A stretch of 64,000 bases of DNA from a virus, in IMG/VR virus record IMGVR_UViG_3300021964_000045, positions 12,859-76,858 of that record; one strand, written 5' to 3'. This document shows positions 27,445 to 39,200 of this stretch, one piece after another (position 1 is the first letter of the stretch; every line of letters begins with the position of its first letter). A program made the translations under genes and the position numbers. The notes under the pieces were generated by a model. It was not told the origin of the DNA. It saw only the letters and a list, made by a program, of their open reading frames with translations, and searched no databases.

Positions 27445-30132
27445 ATGGCAAAAATTAAAATAAATAAATTACCTGAAGGTTTTGAATTAAAAGATGGTAA
27501 GGTTACAAAGTCTATGCAGCAAGGTGGTGCCACCACAGGTGATCAATCTGGATATGGTCTTGTAACAGATAACTTAACACCAAATCAATTCAATGATGAT
27601 GAAAGTAAGTCAATAAGATATTCACTTTCTTCAGTGCCTAGAGATATGGCTAATTTAGAAGCAGAGGGTGGTGAAACTGTATTAACTGATTTAAATGACA
27701 GTGGTCAGTTTGGTTTATATAATATAACTGGTCCTAGACATGGTAGCGGTGGAGTTCCTATGTTTTTACCAGAACAGTCATTTGTATTTTCTGATACACA
27801 AAAAATGAAGCTTAGTAGAAAAGAGTTAGCAGAATTTGGTGTAGAATCTAAAAAGAAAATGACTCCTGCACAAGTATCAAAAAGATATCAACTTAATGAA
27901 TTTATAGGAGCAATGGAATCAGAAGATACTGATCCTATAAAATTTAAAAGTGCAGAATTAATGGTTGATAAAAATCAAAATAAATTATCTAAGTTGGCAT
28001 TTGCACAGGAATCAAAGAAAAATTTTGAGGATGGTGTACCTCTTGCTTCACATCCTTACTTAGTAAGTATGGGGATTGATCCTATGGAGTTTACTCAAAA
28101 AGTGGAAAATATAACTAGGGAACAAGCGGCACAAAGAATGCTACAATCTCTACCTCCAGAAGAACAAGCAAAAATGGCAGCTCTTCAACAGATGATGGCT
28201 CAAGCTGGACAACAGCAACAAATGCCAATGGCTAAATATGGTAATGAATTACCAAAAGCTCAAGATGGTAACAAGGAGTATAAAAGTTTTTTATATGATT
28301 ATCAACCACCTATAGTTGCCCAGGATAATACATATGTTAACAATCCATATATAAATGTTGAAAGGAATCTTGATTATATGAATAATCAGCTAAAGCAAGC
28401 AAAAGAAGAAGACGATGCGCTTGAGAATAAATATTTTAGCACTGACTTAGGAGATACTCCGGAAGGTTCAATTGATTTTGGAGTAACTTCAGTTAATGAT
28501 GATGTTGTAAAAGAAGAAACTGCAGTAACACAACCGGCTAACAATAATCAATCTAACCCTTCTACTGAACGTAGAACAGCCGGTAGACAGATTGGTGGTA
28601 GAAGAATTGACCTTCAAGGTTTTAAAGGTGGTAAAGCTTTAGGTTCTGGTTATAAGCAATATCAAGAATTAGAGCGTTTGTTTACATCTGATTCACCTGA
28701 GTGGGTTGCAACTACTGATAAAGCATATGCTGCATTTAGAGCTAATGCTATAGCACAAGGGATACCAGAAGCTGATATTCCAACAAAAGATGTTGCTATG
28801 CAAAATTTCTTGAAGTATCAAGAAAATAACTATAAGATACAAGACTTGGTTCCTGATGAATATAGATATGCTACTCAATTAGATAAGGGTAGTGATAATG
28901 CAAAGGATGTAAAGAAAAATGAAAATACACAGAAGCTTTTTAATAAAACTGCTGAGTTATATCCTGATCAATATGAAGCTTATCAAATAGATGATGCAAC
29001 AACTAAAATGAATCAGTTGTTTTTCCAAGCTGTTACTTTAGCAGATGAGCAAAGTGATAATCCTAATTTAAATTATTTAGCTAGCGGGCCTACCCAAAAG
29101 GGCAACTGGGCTGACAACAAAACAATATCTAAGGCAGAAGGCTTTTATGGTAACAATACTTTAAATCAAACATTACAAGTAAGAGAACCAGAGAAACCAG
29201 AACCACCAGAAACACCACCACCACCAGACACACCAGAACCACCTCCTGTTAAAACCTATACTCAACCTGATCCAGAATTTTGGACGCAAGATTTAAATAA
29301 TCTAGCTGCAATTGCCATGAGGGATAGAGAGTTATTTTTACCATGGCAACCTGCTGTGGAAATACCAAAAGCTGATTATGTACTTGAAGAACCCACAAGA
29401 CAGTTGGCTGATGTTAATGAGCAACTAAATATAATTACTCAAGGTGCAGGAGCATTTGGAAATCCTCAAGCATTTAATGCTAGAGCATCACAAGCTCAGG
29501 GTAAAGCATTTGCACAAAACGCAAATACTTTTGCTCAAGTTCATCAAAGAAATATAGGAACTGTTAATAGAGGTTTGGCACTGAATGCTCAATTAGAAGC
29601 GGGTGCAAAAAGGGAACAGAGAGATAGAGATGTTAAGTTATATGATGATACACAACTTACTCTTCAAAACTATATGGATGAAAAGAATTTAGATAGAGAA
29701 CAATACACAGGTTTAATGAACACAGCTCTTACTAATAGAGCTAATACAGCAAACCTAAATACATTGTATCCTTACTATAACATAGATCCAACACAAGGTG
29801 GTATAATTGAAATGACAGGTGATTTACCAAGTATAGTTGCTAATAAATCAGCAGGAAATCAATTGAATAAATATGATGAAATGTCACAAAGAGCTTTAGA
29901 TTTAGAGGCTAAAGGTTTAGATGGTAGCACAATAAACACAATATTGCAAAACACATATGGACAAGCACCTAAAGTAGCACCTAATACAGGAGCAGATCCG
30001 TATGCTGATGCTTTAAGAATGATACGTGAATCAGGTATGCCTGCTGGCTATCCAGGTGGACGTAAAGCAAACAAAGGTAAAGAGATTAAAGAATACGCTA
30101 TTCCTTTTTATGCAGGTAAGACAGGTTTTTAA
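27445..30132 (+). CDS. Probable internal virion/cargo protein (895 aa)
   Basis: N-terminal ANLEAEGGETV...GPRHGSGGV...VFSD region, Pro-rich linker, LPKAQDG motif. Confidence 0.55.
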   Translation: MAKIKINKLPEGFELKDGKVTKSMQQGGATTGDQSGYGLVTDNLTPNQFNDDESKSIRYSLSSVPRDMANLEAEGGETVLTDLNDSGQFGLYNITGPRHGSGGVPMFLPEQSFVFSDTQKMKLSRKELAEFGVESKKKMTPAQVSKRYQLNEFIGAMESEDTDPIKFKSAELMVDKNQNKLSKLAFAQESKKNFEDGVPLASHPYLVSMGIDPMEFTQKVENITREQAAQRMLQSLPPEEQAKMAALQQMMAQAGQQQQMPMAKYGNELPKAQDGNKEYKSFLYDYQPPIVAQDNTYVNNPYINVERNLDYMNNQLKQAKEEDDALENKYFSTDLGDTPEGSIDFGVTSVNDDVVKEETAVTQPANNNQSNPSTERRTAGRQIGGRRIDLQGFKGGKALGSGYKQYQELERLFTSDSPEWVATTDKAYAAFRANAIAQGIPEADIPTKDVAMQNFLKYQENNYKIQDLVPDEYRYATQLDKGSDNAKDVKKNENTQKLFNKTAELYPDQYEAYQIDDATTKMNQLFFQAVTLADEQSDNPNLNYLASGPTQKGNWADNKTISKAEGFYGNNTLNQTLQVREPEKPEPPETPPPPDTPEPPPVKTYTQPDPEFWTQDLNNLAAIAMRDRELFLPWQPAVEIPKADYVLEEPTRQLADVNEQLNIITQGAGAFGNPQAFNARASQAQGKAFAQNANTFAQVHQRNIGTVNRGLALNAQLEAGAKREQRDRDVKLYDDTQLTLQNYMDEKNLDREQYTGLMNTALTNRANTANLNTLYPYYNIDPTQGGIIEMTGDLPSIVANKSAGNQLNKYDEMSQRALDLEAKGLDGSTINTILQNTYGQAPKVAPNTGADPYADALRMIRESGMPAGYPGGRKANKGKEIKEYAIPFYAGKTGF

Positions 30133-30191
30133 ACCTAAAGAGTGTATTAATAAAGTTTTTAAAACTTATAAAATTTTAGTAATTTAGTATT

Positions 30192-33100
30192 ATGGCAACA
30201 TACGTACCAGGAAGTAAGACATATTCAAGAGAGATTCAACCATTTACACCAGACTATAAGTTTTTGTCTAGTGTATTAGGTACCAGACAGGATCGCTATG
30301 ATACCAACTATAAACAATTAAGTGATTTATATGGTAAAGTTGTGTATGCAGATTTATCAAGAGAAGACACAATTGGAATGAGAGATCAGTATGCAAATAA
30401 ACTTGCACCAAAAATTCAACAAATTTCAGGTATGGATCTTTCTCTACGTCAAAATGTTGATTCAGCAAAGAGTGTATTCAAACCTTTTTATGAAGATGAT
30501 CTTATTGTTAAAGATCTTGTTTATACAAAACAGTTTAAACAAAACGCCCAATTAGCACAAGCATTTAAAAACTCTGATAATGTAGAACAAAGAAAAAAGT
30601 ATTGGTCTACGGGCATGCAATATTTAAACTATCAAATGGAAGATTTTAAAACTGCTGATAGAGATGCAGCTTTAAAGCAAGGTCTACCAACATATATAGA
30701 AAACGTTGATTTATATTCAATGTCTACTAAGCTTTTAAAGGATGCTGGATTTGGAGATGTAGAAATTGATATTCCAGATCCAACAGGTCATTGGATTATC
30801 AGAGAAAAAAATGGTAAACAACAAGTACCAGGAGCTTATAACTTTTTACAAAAAACTTTATTAGAAGACCCAAGGGTGATGGATGCTTATAGAGCAAGTG
30901 GTTATGTTGATTCTAGAAACTTTGCACAAAAAGGATTAGACTCTGGTTTATATTCTACTGTGTTAGAGGGACAGACTGCATGGGCTAAAGACAAGCTAAG
31001 TGATCTTGCTCAAAGAAATGCTACGGCTAATGAAATAATTAAACAGCAGTTTGATGAAGCTTTATCAGCTAAAAATAATTGGGAGGAGTATGAAAGAACA
31101 TCTGGTGTAATACCCAATAGTCCAGAAGCAAAAGCAATGATGGAAGCTCTTGAGCAATATGAAAAGAGTAGAGGTGCATTAGAGAGAAATGAAGAAACAT
31201 TACAAAGGGTAGACAATCTAAATATTGATGAAGATCCTGATCTTTTAAACAAAGCATTTAATCTTTTGATGAACTATAATCTTAGCACTGACATATTAGG
31301 TGCAGCTAAGGCACATAGCATGAAAGATTATTCTAGAACTATTACTGCTAACCCATACAAAAAGTTGGAAGTTCAACATAAGTACAGTATGGCTAGAATT
31401 GAACAGCAGCATATTAATAGAAAAAAAGAAATTGCTCTTAAAGCACAATTAGATCCAAGTGTTGCTCCAACTGCTTCTAGTAGTTTAGTAGATGCATTAT
31501 TTGGTGGAACTATAACAGGTATAACAAAAAACTCAACTGAAGTTAGAGAAGTGGAAGATGCAATGGCAGACAATACTGAAAGAGCTGCTGAATATGCACA
31601 AGAAACTAATAAAGGTAAAGCTGATTTTATTCTAAAAATGGATCAACTTAGCAAAGTAGGAGGCGGTCTTCAAAATACTGAATATAACAGTATGGAGATT
31701 AAGCTAAATGATGGCACTAAGTTTAAAGGTACATATGATGAAATAAAAGCAAAACTTAATGAAGAAGGTAATGAAAATCTAGTTGATTTAAATTATGATA
31801 ATGCTGTTAAGATACTTACAAATAAATTACCAACTAATAACCCTAAAGCTTTAGAAAGTCCAGAACTTATACAAGCATATAGCATGTATAATACTATACA
31901 AGGACGACAGAATAAATCAATTGCTTATGAAAAAAGTTTAAACACTGTATTAGCTAAGAACTATGATTTATTAAAAGTTGGAACTACAAAACAAGGTCAA
32001 CAATTAAAAAAACAAATTGACGCTAATATTCCAGAGCTCGTTATTACAAGTCAACTTGATGATACAAAAAGAGCAGTTCTTTCTAAAGATGATTTTGTAG
32101 AATTATATCTAAAAAGAGCTAAGGCTGGTCAGATTGAAGGTAAAAATTATAAAGAAGGTAGAGGAAGAAGAAATGATAAAGGTGAATATGAATATATTTC
32201 TGCTACAATTTTTCCAGAAGTTGCTGATTGGATAGATGAAAAAATTGATGAAAAAATATTTGGTGATATAATTTTTCTTGAAAAAGATGCAAGAAAAGAT
32301 GCAGAAGCGGCTTATAAAGTTCAATATGATTTACTTAATCAGAGTATAGATGGTACCTTAAATGTTAATGAAATGGGAGGGTCAAGAACTTTCCAACCAT
32401 TTTCAGCAGAAGCTGTATTTAGAGGAATTCCTTTAGATGAAATGAATGAAAGCAATCTGTTTACTTATCAAGGTTACGGAGCTACATTTAATGTCAACAC
32501 AATAGCTTCTGATAAAAAAGCACAGGAAATGATTTTCAACTTTAAGAGACAGTATGATATGAGCTCAGAAAAAGTTGTTATGACTGCAGGTGCAACTGAA
32601 TTAGTAAATGATACAAGAGCTCAATTTATTGTTGATGAAGTGATAAGAGACAGTAGACAAGCAATGCTTGATCCCAAAGCTGCAGCCTCTAAGAAGTTTT
32701 CTTATCAGTTAGAGTATAATCCTGTTGAAACAATAGACGGTAAAACATATGCATCATACACAATAAAAAATGACTATGACTATGTTAAAGGTTTTTCAGG
32801 AGCAACAAAAGGCGCTGGTGGTGGAAAAAATACAGCAATGTTAAATCCTACGGAAATACCACAGTACACAGAAATTAAAGTAATAGTTCCTTCAGAGCAA
32901 GACATGAATCCTAGAAAAGCAGGTCAGTACAATGTATCTTCAGTTGATACAAGTATTGATTTAGCAGATGATAAAGTTTATAATTATAATGCATTTTCTG
33001 AAAAAGCTGGATCTTTTAAAGTATTTAAAAATAATGATAATTATTATGTTGCTATGGAAATGATGCAACTAGATCCAAAAACAGGTTTGTTTAATTCAGC

Positions 33101-33260
33101 TGGTGTTCAATCACCAATGTTGATTGAAGATAAAAATGGTCCTGCTGGTAAGCATAATATTGATAACTTTGTAAATCATTATCAAATGATAATGATGGAA
33201 GAGTTTAGAAGAAATATTGAAGCAGAGCAGGCTTGGAAGAAAAAAAACATGCCTAAATAA
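30192..33260 (+). CDS. Probable internal virion/ejection protein (1022 aa)
   Basis: Helical/coiled-coil character; immediately precedes the giant RNAP gene. Confidence 0.55.
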   Translation: MATYVPGSKTYSREIQPFTPDYKFLSSVLGTRQDRYDTNYKQLSDLYGKVVYADLSREDTIGMRDQYANKLAPKIQQISGMDLSLRQNVDSAKSVFKPFYEDDLIVKDLVYTKQFKQNAQLAQAFKNSDNVEQRKKYWSTGMQYLNYQMEDFKTADRDAALKQGLPTYIENVDLYSMSTKLLKDAGFGDVEIDIPDPTGHWIIREKNGKQQVPGAYNFLQKTLLEDPRVMDAYRASGYVDSRNFAQKGLDSGLYSTVLEGQTAWAKDKLSDLAQRNATANEIIKQQFDEALSAKNNWEEYERTSGVIPNSPEAKAMMEALEQYEKSRGALERNEETLQRVDNLNIDEDPDLLNKAFNLLMNYNLSTDILGAAKAHSMKDYSRTITANPYKKLEVQHKYSMARIEQQHINRKKEIALKAQLDPSVAPTASSSLVDALFGGTITGITKNSTEVREVEDAMADNTERAAEYAQETNKGKADFILKMDQLSKVGGGLQNTEYNSMEIKLNDGTKFKGTYDEIKAKLNEEGNENLVDLNYDNAVKILTNKLPTNNPKALESPELIQAYSMYNTIQGRQNKSIAYEKSLNTVLAKNYDLLKVGTTKQGQQLKKQIDANIPELVITSQLDDTKRAVLSKDDFVELYLKRAKAGQIEGKNYKEGRGRRNDKGEYEYISATIFPEVADWIDEKIDEKIFGDIIFLEKDARKDAEAAYKVQYDLLNQSIDGTLNVNEMGGSRTFQPFSAEAVFRGIPLDEMNESNLFTYQGYGATFNVNTIASDKKAQEMIFNFKRQYDMSSEKVVMTAGATELVNDTRAQFIVDEVIRDSRQAMLDPKAAASKKFSYQLEYNPVETIDGKTYASYTIKNDYDYVKGFSGATKGAGGGKNTAMLNPTEIPQYTEIKVIVPSEQDMNPRKAGQYNVSSVDTSIDLADDKVYNYNAFSEKAGSFKVFKNNDNYYVAMEMMQLDPKTGLFNSAGVQSPMLIEDKNGPAGKHNIDNFVNHYQMIMMEEFRRNIEAEQAWKKKNMPK

Positions 33261-33288
33261 TAATACATTTTAAGATAAAATAATCAAC

Positions 33289-36200
33289 ATGCAAGATTCA
33301 AATATACAGACTGATCCTATCTATCAACCAGATGACTTTCAGTTTCAACCAATTGATGAAATGTTTGACTTAGACTTTGATGCAGAAAGCGTTCAAGGTA
33401 TGGGAGATTACATGAAAAATTTAGAAGCATTGGCACCAGCAATGAATCAATATGCAATGCCTCTTGATCTACCTATTTCAAAACACAATTCACCTAAACC
33501 TGGTTTTGATAATTTTGAATCATTTAAAAAAGTATTTAATTCACCAACTCCTTTTTTAGGTGGTGAACAACAAATGAAATTACAAGATCCTATAATTTCT
33601 GGAATTAAGTCTTCTAGTTATGACAGGTATGCAAGAATGGATGCTTTTGATAAATTGGGTTGGAGACCTGATATGGATATGGAGTCTTACTATAATGCAA
33701 ATACTACAGGATGGGATGATTTTAAAAGGTCATGGGGTCCGTGGTGGACTAACTTTTCAAGTGGTTTTACAAGTGCTGCTAGATCTTGGGGTGATTTGTT
33801 TAGTGGTGATGAAAGCTACTGGACATCAGCAGATTTAGAAGGTGCTACTGCTATGTCAGAAGCAAACAGATTAGGAGCAAGTACAAGAGGTGGTACCACT
33901 GGTTTCTTAGTTAATCTTAATCTAAATGCAGCTCAAACATTAGGAACAATTAGTGAAATTGCTGCAGAAGAATTAGCACTTGCCGCTGCTGGTGCTGCTT
34001 TAACTTCAACTGGTGCTGGAGCTCCAGCCGGTATAGGTGCATTTGTTGCTGGTACGGGTAAAAATTTTGTAAAAGGGATTAAGAGTATAGGTAATATATT
34101 TGATATTACAAGAACAGTAAGGCTTGGTAAAGATGTATTATCAACTCTTAGAACTGCCGATAAAGCAAAAGATTTTTGGAGTGTAGCTAAAGCAGGAGGA
34201 AGATTAGCTGGTGACTTTTTTACACCAGAATTAAGAGCCACTTTAAAGTCTTTTAAATCTTCTGAAAGTGCCGCGAGAGGTTTAAGTAATTTAGCTAAGA
34301 CATCAAAATCATTTGGTGCATTTTACAGAGATGCTAGAGCAATAAACCTTACAATGAGTGAATCTAAACTTGAAGCAGGTTTTGCTTATCAAGATATGTT
34401 TGCTGAAAATGTTGAAAGAGTAATGCGTGAAAACGGTGGTGCTCAATTAACACCAGAACAATTAAATGATATAAATATTGAAGCATTAAAGGCAGCTACA
34501 AATTCTGTTTTATTTAATGCTCCAGCAATTTTTATAACTAATAAAATTGTTTTAGGTAAAGCCCTTGGCGGATTTTCTCCGCAACTAAGAAGAATTTTTA
34601 ATAAAGTAGGAAATTCTAAAAACATAGTAAGAAAAACTACAGTACAAAATTTTATAAAGAATAGAGCTGCTGGTAAGACAGCAGGTAAATTATTTCAAGA
34701 AACATCTAATAAATCAGTTATTGGTAAATTATTTGGTTGGAATAAATTAAAAGCTTTAGGTGTTAAGGGTAGTCTTAAATATACAGCTGGAGGAATACTT
34801 AGATATTCTGCCGGTGGTTTAAGTGAAGGTTTGCAAGAAGTCTATCAAGAAGGTGTTGCTGTAGGTCTTGTTGATTATCATTCAGCATTATTAGATACAC
34901 CAAATGCTAATAGACATGATCTTCAAAAAGCAGCAATGATGGCTGGTATTGATAGTCAAACAACCGGTCAAGGGTTTGAAACTTTCTTGTCTGGATTTTT
35001 AATGGGTGGATTAGTCCAAGGTCCTCAAAGACTAATGTTTGAGGTATTGCCTAGTTACATTCAGGAAAAAAGAAATCCTAAAGACTATGCAGAATATAAA
35101 AAACAAAGAGATGAATTTGTAGATAAGGTTAATGACATAGCAGAAGAAGTTGCTAAAGATCCTGCAAATTTTATGAGTTCTTCAAAACTAAACTTTTTTA
35201 GCCAAAAACAATCTGAAGATGATGGTGATAAACACATGTTTGAAGATAGTGAATTAGGCTTAAGAGATAGCAATGATGATTCTTTTATTATGAATGCTCA
35301 TCATATGGTTGCTAATGGAACAGAAGGTTTATATATAGAACAACTGGAAGATATTCAGAAATTATCTGATGAAGCATTAATAGAAGCTTATCCTAATCAA
35401 AAAGAAGATATAGAGTCTGGTAAGTTTAAAGAACGTGTTGATAAATCAATTGAAAGAATTAAAAACTTCAAAAAAGACTATGATGCAAGTTTTAACATTA
35501 TAGAAAACCCTTATGCGTTTAAACAATTTGAACAAGGTTCAAAAGAATATAATATTGCATTAGCAAAATACAGTGCTGTAGAACATGGACGTTTGCTTTA
35601 TCTACTCAGTAAAGAATCTTTTAAATCTGCTGCTAATAGAAGAGATGCAATTGAACAAGCTCTTAAGCTTACAACAGCAGAAGGTAGCGCTGACGTTAAT
35701 GATCTTACACCTTTATTGGCTGTTGATTCTATACAAAGAGAAGTTGCTTTATTAAGTAGTGAAATAGAAGCTTTAGAAAATGCAGAAAATATAGATAAAA
35801 CCATTCTTGATTCTAAGAAAGATAAACTTGTTGCTCTTACCGGATACTTAGTTACTCTTCAAAGCATAGAAGATAAAGAAGCAGGTGTATATGATAGAGA
35901 TAAGATGGAAGTTCTTAAAACTCCACTTAAAGCATATATTGAATCTGTATCAAAGAATGTTTTACTTGATGATGAAAAGTTGTCTTACTTAGTAAAGCAA
36001 TTAGTAGATCACAGTTATTTAGATAAAAGAGCTCAAGTTTATGCTCGTAGTGTATCTATGTTTAGTGATCAAGCTAAGTTTACTGAAATGTCAGATAGAT
36101 TAAGTGAAGTGTTTTTAACACGCTTTAATAATATTAAAAGAGATTTTAAAGCAAGTGTTATAAAGGGTATGCAAAACCAGGAAAGAGTTTCTTTGCTAGA

Positions 36201-39200
36201 AGCTTTGGCTGCTATAGGTAGTGAAAATAAAAACGGTGGTGTTTACGCAGAAACAGAACAGTCTGTTAAATTTATGGAAACAGGTGATGCATCTGTTTTA
36301 GTTGATTTCTACACAGAAGCAGGAAAAGTTTTTAAGTCTAATAGTAATGAGTTGTATGGAAAAATACAAACTCTTATAGATAACTATAATAGAGTTAAGT
36401 TTGAATCTGAAAAGTCTGATGTTAAAGCTGAAGAAACAAAAACAGATGTAAACAAAAAAGATACAAGTACTGATAAAAAATCAGAGTTAAATGATTACTT
36501 AAAGTTATCTTCTGATAGCCCTATACTTAACGTAGAAGATGGTATTGATATACTAAAAGAAAATGAATCTCCTTTTTCTAAACTACTATTAGAAGATTTA
36601 TATTCAAGATACAAGCAACAGCAAAGAATTGCTAAAGAACCAATTGTAAGCAAAGCAGATTGGATTAATACAACAGAAGGAACTAATGCTGTAGCAGCGC
36701 TAGAAAAACTTAAAGGTATATGGCTTGCCTCTGAAAGCAATAAAGCTTTAACAGATCAAGCTAAAAATAACATTGCTAAGAGTGAAGAAGGATTCCAAGA
36801 ATGGATACTTTCTCAAAAGGATGATGCTTCTGTTTATAGATCACTTGAATTTGGTGGTTTAAAAGCTACAGACGTAGAAAGAAATGAAACTAATGAAGGG
36901 TTTGATTCTGTTGTAGAAGATAATCCTTTGCTTGAATGGGCAGATAAAGGCCCTGGTGTAAATATTCTTAAAAAAGAAATAGCAAGTATTGATTCTATAG
37001 ATGATGAAGATGTATCTGATGTTAGAGAAACAATATACACTTTAACAGATAACTCTGGTAACAGAGTGTCAGATGATCTTTTAGATTTAGCTGGTTTAGA
37101 TAGAGCTGCTTTTACAGATTTTCAACAAGCCGTTGATGCATTTGAAGAACTTAAAAAAGTTATACCTGATACAACTCCTTTTAATTTTGATGGTGTTACA
37201 TTAAAAAATCTAGATGTTGTAGAAGATGCCAATGGTAATAAGTTTAGAGTTTTAGGCACTGCATCTTCTGCTAATAATGGAGCAAAGCTTGAATTAATTT
37301 CTCTTGAAAAACAAGATACAGAAGGTGTAGATAAAGCACTTTCTTCTTTTACAGTTGAACAATCTGGTTTTTCAGATTTGTATACAAAGGTTGAAGAAAC
37401 ATTTGAAGGTGTTAAGCTATCAGCTAATGCTGTAAAACTTTTACCATCTGAGGTTAATGGTATCTATCCTAAATCATTTGGGCCATTTGGCACAGACACA
37501 GATGTAGATATGAGATTTAACAAGGTTCTTTCTTTATTATCTCCAGAGCAACTATCTACTTTAGAAATTAAAATAAGACCAAACCCAAATCAATCATCAA
37601 ATTTCTTAAGAGCAGGTGATGATACTACTGAAAACAAACTTATTGTTAGAGGAGATAAGTATACAATGGAAGTAGTTATACCTGAAAACATGAGAGAAGG
37701 TATATTAGAAAGAATGGATGGCTTTAGTTATCCTGAAAATTGGGATGGTGCTATTGGATTTGTAAGAAATGATCATTTTAGATTTACTAACAACGGTAAT
37801 CAAAATGATATAGTTGAAATAAATCAATTAGAAGATAAAGTAATAGAGAGATATATTACACCAGATGGAGTGAGTGTTTCAGAAATGAAGCAAGAAATGC
37901 TTAAGCAAAAATATCTTACTCTAAAGATAGATGAGTTGATGAAAGATAAAACTAATGCTACCATAACCATGGCAGACTTAGAAAGCTTAAACTTCTCATT
38001 TAAAGTAACAGGTGGTCAGTATGAAGACACCAATAGCTATGATACTACATATGATAACTTAGATCAAAATAAATATGATGGTCATAAGATTGTAATTGTT
38101 AATACAAGGAACGTTGATTCTATTGGTGAAAGATTTGAAACAGATATTGAAGATCCACAAGAACATCTAGCATTTGTAGAAAAAGTAATTAGTGAGTTAG
38201 AATCAACTCCTGTTGAAGGAGGTGATGCTAACATGTATCAAAAGGCTATTTCAAAAGGAGGGTACGTAGGTATTATTAAAGATCCTCTTACAGGTAAGAT
38301 TGTACTGGCTAGATTAGTACCTAGAAATTTAGAAGTAGATGAGCGTAATGAATTATTTACAGAGCTTATAACCAAAGCTAAAGAAGTTAGAGATTCTAAA
38401 ACTGGTACACAACCTAAGCAAACTACTGAAGCAGAAAGTTTAAAAGCTGTTCAGATTCTTTACCAAGGAATATATGGTACCCCTTATCAGCAAAATGTAG
38501 GTGGTCCTGGCTTAGTAAAACTTGAGGTAGAGGTTGAGGAAGAACAAGATCAAAACTATGTAGGAATTAAATTTGTAACTACAATAATAAGCAAAAAAGG
38601 AAATTCTATAAAGCAAAACGAAAAGAGATATGTTACTGCAGAGCAGTTTATAAATGAGTTTAATTTAACTGATGAAGAACTAGATAATACTAAACCAGCT
38701 ACTAAAGAATCAGGAAGCCAATCTATACCTCTTACTAAAGAAGATGGAGAAAGGCGTATAGCAGAATATGGGCAAGAAAAGTTAAAGCTTGAAAAAGTTG
38801 GTAGTGGTTATGGTATGCCTTTGAGAACTTACTTACAGTTAATGGAAGAAGAGTCTACTGGTAAAATTACTGTACTAAGCATTAGAAAAGATACGGCTAA
38901 TGGTAATACATTCATATCTATTGTGGGTCCTTATGGTCCGCTTGATATACAGGTTAATAGGGAACCCGCTTCTATAAAGCAAGCTGCTAAATCTCAACAA
39001 GCTAGTAAGGCTGAAACTACAAAAAGTAGCATGCCTTTATTTGATTGGAATAAACAATTTAATAATAAATTTTTTAGTGCAACTAACCCAACAGAAAAAA
39101 CATACTTAGACTTACAGGTTACAAAATCTGGAGACATTGTTTTAAGAGTTAAAGTTGGAGCTAAAGGCTCTACATTGACAGCAATGCAAAGCTTTAAATC

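Noticed and set aside
30171-30190. ttttagtaatttag upstream of 30192 as another promoter copy
   Set aside because: Too many mismatches to either motif class to call in AT-rich DNA
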